Below, in pieces: positions 38,941 to 48,450 of a DNA stretch of 64,000 bases. The notes beneath the pieces were generated by a model. It saw only the letters and a list, made by a program, of their open reading frames with translations, searched no databases and was not told the origin of the DNA. The stretch covers positions 960,001 to 1,024,000 of the forward strand of contig OZ220090.1 in the NCBI GenBank assembly GCA_964291625.2, written 5' to 3'. The position numbers and the translations under genes were made by a program. Each line of letters begins with the position of its first letter. The first letter of the stretch is position 1. The DNA is from Candidatus Latescibacterota bacterium. Its GTDB lineage: Bacteria > Latescibacterota > UBA2968 > UBA8231.

Positions 38941-40284
38941 CTATCGCTCCCTGAGCTGGTCCAGCAGCCGACCCAGTTGTCCCACCAGGTAGAGCGGCAG
39001 CGAGAGCAGGGTCATTTCCACGCTCTGCCTCGTTCCGCTCACTTGGTGCCGGATGGATTGGACGGTGGGCGGATTGAGGTCGAAGCGCACGGCGAGGCGC
39101 GCCCCTCTGGCCAGGGCGAACTGGTGCAACGAGCGCAGGGTGCCGCTGGTGCCGGCTTTGACCTCGACCGGCACGATCCAGGCCCCCCGGGCAATCACGT
39201 AGTCAACTTCGGCGTTGGCGCTCTTCCCTTCCCGCAGCCAGTAGTTCAGCCGGGGCGTTTCACTACCCTCTTCCAGGTAGAGCAGGTGTTGCCCGACGAA
39301 CTGTTCGGCCAGGGCTCCTTCATTGACCAGTTGGCGGTCGTCCAACTCCTTCAGAGCCAGCCAGTCCAGGCCGCACAGACGGTTCATCAGGCCGATGTCC
39401 AGGAAGAGGAGCTTGTAGGTCCTCCAGTCGACATCGGCGTGGAGGGGCACCCCGGCACAGGTACTGTGGAACACGGGTGCAATGACCCGGGCCTTGGACA
39501 GCAAGTCGATGGCGGCCCTCAACTCGCGGGCGGTCTCCTCGCGGTTGATCTGGGTGTACTTGACTTTTCGTCCCACGGCGCGGGGAACGTAGTTGAAGAC
39601 TCGCTGCAGGCGCAGCCGGACTCGGGCCGAGGCATACTCGGCAAAATCGTCCTGGTAGGTATCGACGATGGACCGATGCACCGGCGTTACGTCGGCGAAG
39701 TGGCCGCTGGAGCTATAGGCGGCTACGGCTTCGGGCATGCCACCCACCAGCAGGTATTCCCGCTGATACGCCGACAAGCGGGTGTGGACGGTATTGGGCA
39801 GGGAATCTTCGAGGCTGTAATCCTGCAAATGGGCCAGGAGGGGAGGGTCCAGTTCGGCGAGAAATTCCTCAAAGCTCATCGGGCCCAGATGGAAGTACTG
39901 TATGCGCCCTACCGGTTCGAGCAGGGAGCCCGCGGCGATGACCGGCAGCTCGGGGTGGTCTTCGAAGAAGTAGCGCAGCGCGGGCAGGGCATGGGGGGTC
40001 GCCTGGATCTCGTCGAGGAAGAGGATGCTGCCCGGTGCCAACAGCGGTCGATCCAGGAGCCCTTGGAGTTCCCGGCGGATGTGCGTCAGGTCCAGGGTCT
40101 GGAACACGGGGTCGAGGTCCGGGTGGCGCTCGAGGTTGATCTCGTTGAGGTGCAGGTGGTGGGACCGGGCAAATTGCCGCACCAAGGTGGATTTTCCCAC
40201 TTGGCGGGCACCGCGGATGACCAGCGGCTTTCGCTGTGGGGCGGCCAACCATTGGGCCAGAGCGCGTTCGGCCGATCTATACAT
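38941..40284 (-). CDS. AAA_14 ATPase with DUF4143 domain
   Basis: GARQVGKS, FLDEIQ, AAGSLL, GGMPE, YWLRE, EVDY, PVEVKAG; lower GC. Confidence 0.9.
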   Translation of the reverse strand: MYRSAERALAQWLAAPQRKPLVIRGARQVGKSTLVRQFARSHHLHLNEINLERHPDLDPVFQTLDLTHIRRELQGLLDRPLLAPGSILFLDEIQATPHALPALRYFFEDHPELPVIAAGSLLEPVGRIQYFHLGPMSFEEFLAELDPPLLAHLQDYSLEDSLPNTVHTRLSAYQREYLLVGGMPEAVAAYSSSGHFADVTPVHRSIVDTYQDDFAEYASARVRLRLQRVFNYVPRAVGRKVKYTQINREETARELRAAIDLLSKARVIAPVFHSTCAGVPLHADVDWRTYKLLFLDIGLMNRLCGLDWLALKELDDRQLVNEGALAEQFVGQHLLYLEEGSETPRLNYWLREGKSANAEVDYVIARGAWIVPVEVKAGTSGTLRSLHQFALARGARLAVRFDLNPPTVQSIRHQVSGTRQSVEMTLLSLPLYLVGQLGRLLDQLRER

Positions 40285-40403
40285 GATGAATATTAATGCC
40301 CCCTCTTTCGGACATATAGAGTACGAAAAAGGGGGCATTTCTGCATGGCGGACGCCTCCCGCAAGGCGCATCGTCCGCGCTCTGGTCGACTGACCGCCCG
40401 CCC

Positions 40404-41117
40404 CTACCCCAGTACCTCCACCGTCGCCGCCAGCAGCACCTCCCCCTTCATCAGCTGGCACTTCGCCTCGCCGATCGTCCCGTCGACGATCTGCCCGCGC
40501 CCGCGCAGCAACTCCTCCATGCGGTCGAAGGCGGGGGTGTGGCCCATCATCTCCGTCAGGGCGACCTCCTGCTCGCCGTGCTCGGGATGGTTCAGGATCA
40601 CCACCCCGGGGTTCTCCGGCGAGAACCTCCCGTGGCGGTCGGCGCCGGCGTAGTCCTCGCCGATGTGGATCGACGAGTTCGAGGACTGACTCACGCCGAG
40701 GAGGAAGATGTAGCCCCCCTTCTTGATGAGGCGGTCCAGGGCGCAGTCCCTGCCGAGGGCGCCGCGGTTCAGGTCGTCCTCGACCAGGCTTGCCGCGTCG
40801 GGGCCGATGGCGGTCACCGCGTGGGTCGGGTGGAGGCTCCGCACCGCCCCCGGGAACCGCCGGGCCGCTTCGGTGACGGCCCCGTTCAGAGAGGGCGACT
40901 CCAGGGGATCGAAGTACTCGCAGCTGCTGTGGGTGAAGGTCGGCACCATCAGGGTGCCCTGAGGCCCGAGGACGTCCAGGAAGGCCTCCACCACCGTATC
41001 CGCTCCGCCCTCGACGTGCCCCATGCTCGACAGGGAGCTGTGGACCATCACCCGGTCGCCGGACTTCAGGCCCATGGTCCCCAGGCTGCTTGCGATGTCG
41101 GCCCGCGTGACGTTCAT
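40404..41117 (-). CDS. AAC(3)/YokD-family N-acetyltransferase
   Basis: VMVHSSLSS, GTLMVPTFT, RSLHPTHA, SIHIGE. Confidence 0.88.
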   Translation of the reverse strand: MNVTRADIASSLGTMGLKSGDRVMVHSSLSSMGHVEGGADTVVEAFLDVLGPQGTLMVPTFTHSSCEYFDPLESPSLNGAVTEAARRFPGAVRSLHPTHAVTAIGPDAASLVEDDLNRGALGRDCALDRLIKKGGYIFLLGVSQSSNSSIHIGEDYAGADRHGRFSPENPGVVILNHPEHGEQEVALTEMMGHTPAFDRMEELLRGRGQIVDGTIGEAKCQLMKGEVLLAATVEVLG

Positions 41118-42577
41118 CGGTCCCACACGCCGTACTCGACGACCAGCTCCACGTCCTCGATCCCCACCTTGCTGCGCAGGTCCGAGGGCCGCTCCAGCAG
41201 GCCGACCTCGAGCCGGTTGGTCCCCTGCCTCAGGGCTGTCCGGTCGACCTCGATCTCGAGCCACATCCCGGCGTAGGGGGCGACCGCCTGCATGGGGCTG
41301 CGACGCGCCCCGTCGAGGGAGACGGCCTCCCCGTTGAGGCGGACCTCCAGCCGGTCGTCCCGCACCAGGTCGTTGAAGCACAGGCGCAGGCGGGTGGAGC
41401 CGATGCGGGCGTTGCCCTCCACGTCGTCGGCGATGGTCAGGGGGATCTGGTGCATGCGGCCGAGGTCGGCGGCGGGATCGATCGACACGGGCAGGTGGGA
41501 GGGGTAGTCGACGCCCTGCACGTGCTCCACGTCGGTGCGGCGCCGCAGGAAGTAGTGCTTGTCCCCCTCGGCGATCTGCTCGGGCCCCGAGAGCTGGCCG
41601 AGGACGGACCGCTCCTGGTCGCCCAGGGGCCAGGACATGAACCAGGTGTAGAGGCCGTCCACCCCCAGGCGCCAGGCGTTGGCCGCCGCCGCCCGGAACA
41701 TGGCCGGCGAGGGATACATCCGGGCGTTGAAGCGGCGGCTCTCGTCGGCGTAGTAGGGGTGCAGCATGTAGTAGACGGAGACGCCCCGGTCGTGGGCCGC
41801 CTCCACGAGCCACTCCACCGGCATGGCGGAGTCGAGGATCATGTGGGCGTAGACCATGGGCACGAGGTAGTCCACGAGCCCTTCCTCGAGCCAGCGCTCC
41901 ACCTCGAGGCCGGTCCTGTGGTTGACCTCCTGCGTCGGGTAGACCCGGGCGCCGACGATGCCCGCGTCCTTCCCCGGGCGGCTGCGCACCGCGTCGGACG
42001 CGCGCCTGAGCCACTCCGTCATCACCGGCCCCCTGGCTTCCGCCTCCTCCGGCGGGAACCAGAAGGCGGTGCCGCCGGGGGCGGCGGCGAAGTCCAGCTC
42101 CACGCCCTCGGTGTCATAGTCGGCGGCCAGCTCGGTGACGCCGCGCAGCATGAAGTCGCGCACGTCCTCCCGCGCCATGCCCGGCCCCCCCTCCCGGGGG
42201 GAGACCTCCTTGGGCAAGCCGGCGTAGGCGCCCATGCGCAGGGAGGCGATGAAGTCCATGCCGCGGTCGTGGGCGCGGTCGACGAGGACCTGCAGCGGGT
42301 CGAGGCCGCGGTCGATGAGGCTCTGCATGTTGTGCCACACCCGCCAGTAGGCGCACTGCTCGAAGCCGCCCTGCATGTCCTGGCCGAAGGGCAGGCCGAC
42401 CTTGGACGGGTAGAACCAGCCGTCGTCCCGGGCCATGCCGTAGACGAAGGTGTCGACGCCGGTGTCGGCCACCTCGTCCACGGGGGCCCAGGCGTCCTCG
42501 AGGCGCATGGGCGGCTCGTGGACGAAGAGGTAGTAGTGGCGGGCGTCGTTGAAATAGATGGTGCGGCGCTGGCGCAT
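41114..42577 (-). CDS. GHL10-like TIM-barrel protein
   Basis: YFNDARH, YPSKVG, ASLRM, EGVELDF, GVDGLY, DVELVVEY. Confidence 0.7.
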   Translation of the reverse strand: MRQRRTIYFNDARHYYLFVHEPPMRLEDAWAPVDEVADTGVDTFVYGMARDDGWFYPSKVGLPFGQDMQGGFEQCAYWRVWHNMQSLIDRGLDPLQVLVDRAHDRGMDFIASLRMGAYAGLPKEVSPREGGPGMAREDVRDFMLRGVTELAADYDTEGVELDFAAAPGGTAFWFPPEEAEARGPVMTEWLRRASDAVRSRPGKDAGIVGARVYPTQEVNHRTGLEVERWLEEGLVDYLVPMVYAHMILDSAMPVEWLVEAAHDRGVSVYYMLHPYYADESRRFNARMYPSPAMFRAAAANAWRLGVDGLYTWFMSWPLGDQERSVLGQLSGPEQIAEGDKHYFLRRRTDVEHVQGVDYPSHLPVSIDPAADLGRMHQIPLTIADDVEGNARIGSTRLRLCFNDLVRDDRLEVRLNGEAVSLDGARRSPMQAVAPYAGMWLEIEVDRTALRQGTNRLEVGLLERPSDLRSKVGIEDVELVVEYGVWDR

Positions 42578-42588
42578 TGGAGCCTCCT

Positions 42589-44181
42589 TCAGGTGACGCC
42601 CGTGTTCCAGGGGCCCAGGTCGAGGTCGACGAAGCCGCGGTGGAAGTGGCGGCCCATGAGATAGTGGACCTCCAGCTCCACGTCGCGCAGGAGCAGGGGC
42701 GGGATCACCTCCGGCTCGCGCTTCACCAGCTCCACCTCGATCTCGTTGGCCCCCTTCCGAGGCCAGTGGTCGGGCCCGAGGCGGTAGATGAACCAGTAGC
42801 AGGTGCCGGTGCGGTAGCGCGGCCCCCCCATGCGGTACGACTCGTTGATGGTGCGCAGGCCCTCGGCGGGCAGCTCGCGGCCGTTGAGGCGCATGCGCAC
42901 CACGTCGGTCTCGGTGGCGTTGAGCAGACGCAGGCGCAGGATCACCTCGTGGACGCGGCCGTCGGCGTGCCAGCGCGGCAGGTCGTCGGAGACCTGGAGA
43001 GGGATGCGCAGCGGCTCTCCCTCGGACAGCTCCGCCGGCAGCGGGCAGCGGGCCCCCGGCTCCAGCTCGGGGTTGGGGTACCGGTGCGTGCCGGTGGGCA
43101 CGTAGTAGTACTTGTCCTTCGGCGCCATGATCTCCGGGTGGGGCAGCTCGCGCAGCTTCTCGTAGAAGTCGGCCTTGTAGGGCCAGCAGCCGAACCAGTG
43201 CCCGAGGTAGAGGCCGTCGACGCCCTGCTCCCAGTAGTTGTTGGCGCAGGCGCGGATCATCTCGATCGGCGCCTGGTTGAGCCGGTCGGAGTCGACCAGG
43301 CTCTGCACCGTGGCCAGGAGGTGCACGTCCCGGCCTCGGGTCTCGCCCACCAGCTCCCGGTAGTCGGCGTTGCAGTCGACCAGCTCCGGCCCGTGGAAGG
43401 TCTGGCCGATGACGATGTCCACCAGGCCCTCCCGCATCCAGCCGGCCAGGTCGAGGCCGATGTCGTAACAGCCCTGCAGGCTGGTGGGCACGCGCATGGC
43501 GAGGCGCCGGCCCTCGCCGCTGCCGCGAACGGTCTCGGAGACCTGCCGGATCCACTCCGTCATCACCTGCCGTCCGTCGGCGACCTCGTCCGGGTGGAAG
43601 TAGTAAGGCTGGTAGTTGAGCTGCAGCTCGAAGCCGTCCACCGGGTAGCGCCGCACGGCTTCCTCGACGAGGGCGAAGCGCTCCTGCCTCACCTCCTCGT
43701 GGGCGAAGTCGAGGCAGGTGAAGCCCTTCCACGACTCGTCGACGCCGCCCTTGGCGCCGATCTCCAGGTGGGCGTTGTCGAAGCGGAACTCGGAGCAGCG
43801 CACGTCCTCCTCGCGAGGCGCCCTCCCCTGCTGCACCAGCAGCGTCGGATACACGGGCAGACCCTTGGCCCGGGCGCGCTCGCAGATCACCCGCAGGGGG
43901 TCCTCGCCGCGGGCGATCATGCCGCGGGCGTTCTGGTGGGCCCGCCGGAAGATCAGGTGCGGCCAGCGGTCGACGTTGTCGCCCCACAGCTCGCCGACCT
44001 GGGTGTCGTGGAGCACGGTGCGGCCGTCGCCGAGGCAGAACATGATGGCGTCCACGGGCGTGCCGACGAGCTCGTCGACTCCCTGCTCGTACTCGACGCG
44101 CTGCATGGGGGGCTCGTACATGTAGATCAGCGGATGGCGGCCGTCGTGGTAGAAGGCCAGCCGGGGGAGTGCGGTGGTCAT
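42589..44181 (-). CDS. GHL10-like TIM-barrel protein
   Basis: FYHDGRH, LDFAHEEVR, VDGFELQ, GVDGLY, DVELEVHY. Confidence 0.7.
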   Translation of the reverse strand: MTTALPRLAFYHDGRHPLIYMYEPPMQRVEYEQGVDELVGTPVDAIMFCLGDGRTVLHDTQVGELWGDNVDRWPHLIFRRAHQNARGMIARGEDPLRVICERARAKGLPVYPTLLVQQGRAPREEDVRCSEFRFDNAHLEIGAKGGVDESWKGFTCLDFAHEEVRQERFALVEEAVRRYPVDGFELQLNYQPYYFHPDEVADGRQVMTEWIRQVSETVRGSGEGRRLAMRVPTSLQGCYDIGLDLAGWMREGLVDIVIGQTFHGPELVDCNADYRELVGETRGRDVHLLATVQSLVDSDRLNQAPIEMIRACANNYWEQGVDGLYLGHWFGCWPYKADFYEKLRELPHPEIMAPKDKYYYVPTGTHRYPNPELEPGARCPLPAELSEGEPLRIPLQVSDDLPRWHADGRVHEVILRLRLLNATETDVVRMRLNGRELPAEGLRTINESYRMGGPRYRTGTCYWFIYRLGPDHWPRKGANEIEVELVKREPEVIPPLLLRDVELEVHYLMGRHFHRGFVDLDLGPWNTGVT

Positions 44182-44276
44182 GGTGACCCCTGTCTGCAGG
44201 ATTGGGTTGAGGGGGTGGTCGAGGCCGACGGCCGGACCGAGCGAAGTCCTGTGGGAAGGGACCTTGGCGGAAGGCC

Positions 44277-45629
44277 CTACGCGGCTCTTGCCTCGGGGTC
44301 GGGCAATTCTTCCCTGTCGAGTCTGCGGTTGTAGACAAGCATCGTCGTGACGACAAGCGGTGACACCTTGAAACGTTCGGCGGCGTCCTGCCGTCTGTCT
44401 TCCGAGAAGTCCTCGCCCAGGAAGTCCAGCAAAGAGCGCAGAGGACAAAGGAACTCGGCGGCGAAGGCCCTCTGCATTTTCTGTCGATAGGTGCTCGCGC
44501 GAGTAGCCGGACGAAGTCTCTCCTCGCAGCCGGCCAGGAGCCGATCCCCGAGAAGACGGGCGACGTCAAAGCGGCGTCCGTATCGCGAACGAGGCCGCAG
44601 CACAAGGCGGCCTGTTCCTCGATCCTGGGTATCGAGGGAGAAGGACAAGCTGCCCGCTACGCTCGAACGAGACAGGACCTGGTCGCTGATGCCGCACAGC
44701 CTGGCCAGCTTGGGGTTGGAGATGGAGGATTCTCCCAGTTGCTCCGTCTGCCGCAGTCTGCCTGCGGCCTCCACCCCCACTCTCCAGGCGGGGACTTGAC
44801 CACGCTCCCCGGGATGCCTGGGCGCCTCATCCGGAAGAGGGACGGAAGCCTCGAAGCCCCGAAAGCCATCCTCGGGAAAGATGTCGAAACCGGACTCCCG
44901 GGCCGCCCTCTGCAGCTTTGGCACAACCTGGTGGTTCTCAGCCACGACCTCCGATACGGCATCCAGCCCCAGGTCGTTGCCTTCTTCAATCAATCGCCCG
45001 ATCAACTCGGGCGGGGCCTCGTCAGGGTCATGGCCCAGGCAGGCTTCGAATCTCCTGTAGAGCGAAACCTCCGGGTCCTCCCTCTCCAGAGACAAGTCGT
45101 GCCAGATGGACTGAAGGTCCGTATCTCCGAGAGAGCATCCATCGAGGCGATCCAGAACACTCCCCATGAATTCTTCGACACCCTCTTCAAATGCCTGGGA
45201 CGGGATGACCCCCGTTTCCTCTGCCTTGTAGTAGAGCGGCTCGGTCTGCGCTATCTCGGACGGTCTCGCAATCAGGGCAATGCGAGAGCCGTCCGACTCG
45301 ATGGTGATGTTCGGCCACAGCCACCCACCCCCGATGGAGGCCATACCGTGCGCTTGAGTCCATCCTGGTTCCGGAGGGGCCGGACGCCGCGAGGGTTCCC
45401 AACGCAGTCGCCACCAGTTCCATGCCAACCACTCGGCCAACCTGCAAGCCGGGAGGTTGGCCGTCTCCCGTAGATCATTCGTTTCACGATCAAGAGCCTG
45501 GGTGAAGCAGGTCCCGTCGACATGGATGCCGAGCTCTCCCAAGGTCGCCTCATCCTCGGCCGGCAGGAATTCGTCTCCGAGACCTCCCCTGGTCTTGCCC
45601 AGCCACCGGGATTCGATTTGCAGCGTCAT
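44277..45629 (-). CDS. Hypothetical protein with C-terminal degenerate ImmA/IrrE-like domain
   Basis: RRFDVARLLGD (at the HExxH position), QRAFAAEFLCP, AERFKVS; ATGA overlap with the upstream gene; lower GC. Confidence 0.7.
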   Translation of the reverse strand: MTLQIESRWLGKTRGGLGDEFLPAEDEATLGELGIHVDGTCFTQALDRETNDLRETANLPACRLAEWLAWNWWRLRWEPSRRPAPPEPGWTQAHGMASIGGGWLWPNITIESDGSRIALIARPSEIAQTEPLYYKAEETGVIPSQAFEEGVEEFMGSVLDRLDGCSLGDTDLQSIWHDLSLEREDPEVSLYRRFEACLGHDPDEAPPELIGRLIEEGNDLGLDAVSEVVAENHQVVPKLQRAARESGFDIFPEDGFRGFEASVPLPDEAPRHPGERGQVPAWRVGVEAAGRLRQTEQLGESSISNPKLARLCGISDQVLSRSSVAGSLSFSLDTQDRGTGRLVLRPRSRYGRRFDVARLLGDRLLAGCEERLRPATRASTYRQKMQRAFAAEFLCPLRSLLDFLGEDFSEDRRQDAAERFKVSPLVVTTMLVYNRRLDREELPDPEARAA

Positions 45630-46054
45630 TGACTGCGCTCTCCCCATACCCTCTTCACGAACCCGGTGAACCCATCGTACCGCTTCATGGGGTATCCGTG
45701 ATACTCGCCGACACCACGGTTCGAGAGCTGTGCTTCGTATGCAACACCTTCGTCATCAACGGCCCACACATTCTGGGGCCAGTCTCCACGGCGGGTCTCG
45801 CTGACCATTCCCAGGCGAATGCCCAACCTGAGCAGCCTGACAGCGTCTCGACGCCCCCCGATGGTTCCCGCCTCACAGAGTGTCGTGTCGGGACGGTGAA
45901 CGGCTCGCGACAACCCCCATCTCTCTGCTTCCTGAGCGGACTTGTGGTACGGACTGGGCTCGTACCGGGCTTTGCGGGCCATCTGCTCAAGTTCACCCTC
46001 TCCAAGTTCGGCCAGTGACGCTACTGCAGACTTCCTCTTGATCTTGCCGCGCAT
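45626..46054 (-). CDS. Small basic hypothetical protein (SPYHK...RPDTTLC...WPQNVWAV...EAQL...YHGYPM)
   Basis: 142-aa ORF coupled to the downstream gene; start could extend to 46123. Confidence 0.7.
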   Translation of the reverse strand: MRGKIKRKSAVASLAELGEGELEQMARKARYEPSPYHKSAQEAERWGLSRAVHRPDTTLCEAGTIGGRRDAVRLLRLGIRLGMVSETRRGDWPQNVWAVDDEGVAYEAQLSNRGVGEYHGYPMKRYDGFTGFVKRVWGERSQ

Positions 46055-46234
46055 CCGGGGACGCTTCAAGCCCGCTTGCCTCCTGCCAGGGCCCAAGACC
46101 CGAGCAACTTCCATGCCCACCAAGGATCGCCTTCGTAGAAAGGACCGTCAACCACTCCTGTCGCCTGACATTTGCACCTGACTCCTGCCTGCTCTGCCGG
46201 CGCAACCGGAGGATGCTCCATCAGCACTCTTGCC

Positions 46235-47362
46235 TCAGGTCCAGTTGCGGGGGTCGGGAACGGCGACCCAGGTCGAGCCTTCGGCGATCGACTGCTGGCT
46301 CGCCAGGCCGGGCAGGGTCATGTCCATGGCATGGTCGATGCCGACGGCCGGCTCGACCTCGCCGCGGATGGCGGCGACGAAGTCCTGCACCTCCCAGTAG
46401 TCGCCGCCGCCGTGGCCGGCCTGCAGGGCCTCGGGCGGCGGGCTCTTCCAGAAGTCGGGCAGGAACTCCTCCTCCAGGGCCGCCAGGGGCTCCCACTTCT
46501 GCTGGGGGCCGCGGGAGCGCAGCCACACCTTGGGCTCGGCCTCGTGGCCGTCGCCGGACTCGTAGGCGCCGTCGGTGCCCTGCAGGGCGTAGCGGGCCGT
46601 GTGGTGGGGCCGATCCGAGAGCATGTCGACGCGGATCTGCACGAGGCCGCCGCTGGTCATGCGGCACATCATGGTCACCGAGTCCTCCATCTCGTAGCGG
46701 TCGCCCCGGGGGTCGAGGTAGTGGTGGCCGGTGCCGGCGGCCCACACGGCGGCGACGCGGTCGGGGCGCGCGCTCCCGGCGTTGAACCACTGGTAGACCG
46801 GGCCGAGGCTGTGGGTCGGGTAGGTGCAGCCGTTGACGCCGGTCTGCCAGCGGCGCCGCCAGGGGGTCGCCTCGTTGAGGCCGCGGAGCTGGTGGATGTA
46901 GGCGCCCTCGCCGTAGTAGGGGTCGCCGAAGAGCCCCCGCCGGGCCAGCTCGCGCACAAGGACGTTCGGCTTCATGTAGGTGAAGTTCTCGGCCATCATG
47001 TAGGTGGCGGTGCTGCGGCGGGCGGAGCGCACCAGGTCCCGGCACTCCTCGATGGAGACCCCGGCGGTGACCTCGCTCAGCACGTGGATGCCGCGATCGA
47101 GGGCGAGGATGGCCTGGGGCGCGTGCCACTGCATCGGCGTACCGATGATCACGGCGTCCACCGCGCCGGAGTCGAGCAGCTCTTCGGCGTCGGTGAAGGC
47201 GTGCTCGACGCCGAGCTCGGCGGCGTTGGCCCGCAGAGGCTCGAGGCGCACGTCGCAGAGGGCGGTCAGCTCGGTGGCGGGGTTGGCCCCCAGGGCCCGG
47301 ACGAAGCTGTTGCCCCGGCCGGCGGCGCCGATGATGCCGAAGCGGATGCGGTCCGCCATCAC
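46235..47362 (-). CDS. Gfo/Idh/MocA family oxidoreductase
   Basis: GIIGAAGRG, VLSEV, MAENF, YPTHSLGP, GHGGGDY. Confidence 0.9.
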   Translation of the reverse strand: MMADRIRFGIIGAAGRGNSFVRALGANPATELTALCDVRLEPLRANAAELGVEHAFTDAEELLDSGAVDAVIIGTPMQWHAPQAILALDRGIHVLSEVTAGVSIEECRDLVRSARRSTATYMMAENFTYMKPNVLVRELARRGLFGDPYYGEGAYIHQLRGLNEATPWRRRWQTGVNGCTYPTHSLGPVYQWFNAGSARPDRVAAVWAAGTGHHYLDPRGDRYEMEDSVTMMCRMTSGGLVQIRVDMLSDRPHHTARYALQGTDGAYESGDGHEAEPKVWLRSRGPQQKWEPLAALEEEFLPDFWKSPPPEALQAGHGGGDYWEVQDFVAAIRGEVEPAVGIDHAMDMTLPGLASQQSIAEGSTWVAVPDPRNWT

Positions 47363-48366
47363 TCCTCGTCCCAGGGCAGGGGCACGCCGAGGCGGTCACC
47401 GGCGCCGCGCACCGACTCCTGCTCCGGCGGGCCGAAGGGGATGCCGTCGCGGCGGTAGCGCTCGAAGCGCTCGGCCTCGATGGCACCGGGCAGCAGGGCC
47501 CGGTCATGGCCGGGGAAGGGCTCGTACGTGGCGGCCACGTCGCGCACCATGCGGTCCACCTCGGCGCGGAAGGCCTCCTCCGAGACCGCCGAGCCCACGT
47601 GGACGGCCAGGATCGTGCCGCCGCTGGTGGCCTTCGGCCAGCGTTCGGCGGTGGCCGGATCGGCTTCGGTGATCCCGGCCAGGCCGCCGCCCATGAGGGA
47701 GGCCACCGCGGTGTAGCCGACGCTCTTGAAGAAGGCCGCGGGGATCATGGGGATCAGGGCGTCGAACTCCGGCCCCTTCTGGTAGTCGGCGAGGATCCGC
47801 GTCGCCGCGTCGAGGACCACGCCCGGCGTCTCTGCCCCCGGCAGGGCGAAGCAGATCGGCGGGTTGCCGTAGTAGGCCAGCTGCGGCTTGGGGTCGGCGC
47901 CGGCGGCGTTGCCGTGGCCCCGGGGGCCCTGCGCCGAGAACCCGATGCAGCCGGAGGCCGCGGCCCGGCGGCAGTAGTGGCCGGCGGAGCCGTAGTGGCC
48001 GATGGAGCGCACCGTGGCCATGCCCAGACCAAGCTCCCGCGCCCGGGCGACGGCCAGGTCCGTGGCCTCCAGCATCGGCACGTACCCGAGGCCGCCGTCG
48101 CCGTCGAGGGCGGCCACGGCCGGGGTCTCGTGGATGACGGACGGCCGCGGGTCGGGGTTGAGGAGGCCGGACTCGAGGGCGGCGCAGTAGCCGTTGAGGG
48201 CGCGGCAGCCGTGGCTGCGGACGCCGCGCAGGTCGGAGTCGACGAGCAGCCGGGCCACGGCGCGCGCCTGGGAGGGCGGCGATCCGGCCTTCTCGAAGCA
48301 GGCGGCGGCAAAGGTCAGCAGCCGTTCCTCACGCACGTTGACGGACGTATCCGGCGGCCGGTTCAC
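47359..48366 (-). CDS. Ldh_2 (type 2 malate/lactate dehydrogenase-like) oxidoreductase
   Basis: DLRGVRSHG, DGDGGLG, HYGSAGHY, GNPPICFA, LLPG. Confidence 0.88.
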   Translation of the reverse strand: MNRPPDTSVNVREERLLTFAAACFEKAGSPPSQARAVARLLVDSDLRGVRSHGCRALNGYCAALESGLLNPDPRPSVIHETPAVAALDGDGGLGYVPMLEATDLAVARARELGLGMATVRSIGHYGSAGHYCRRAAASGCIGFSAQGPRGHGNAAGADPKPQLAYYGNPPICFALPGAETPGVVLDAATRILADYQKGPEFDALIPMIPAAFFKSVGYTAVASLMGGGLAGITEADPATAERWPKATSGGTILAVHVGSAVSEEAFRAEVDRMVRDVAATYEPFPGHDRALLPGAIEAERFERYRRDGIPFGPPEQESVRGAGDRLGVPLPWDEE

Positions 48367-48450
48367 GGCCACCTCCTCCTTGCTCCGCCCCAAGGGCGGG
48401 AGCTACCTTGCCCCGCTCGCATTTCTCACCTGCAACCGAGCTGGATCCGG

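Noticed and set aside
23198-41117. Antibiotic-resistance cluster (two APH-like genes, one AAC(3)-like gene)
   Set aside because: Only superfamily-level motifs; the genes are scattered in metabolic contexts with no mobile elements.
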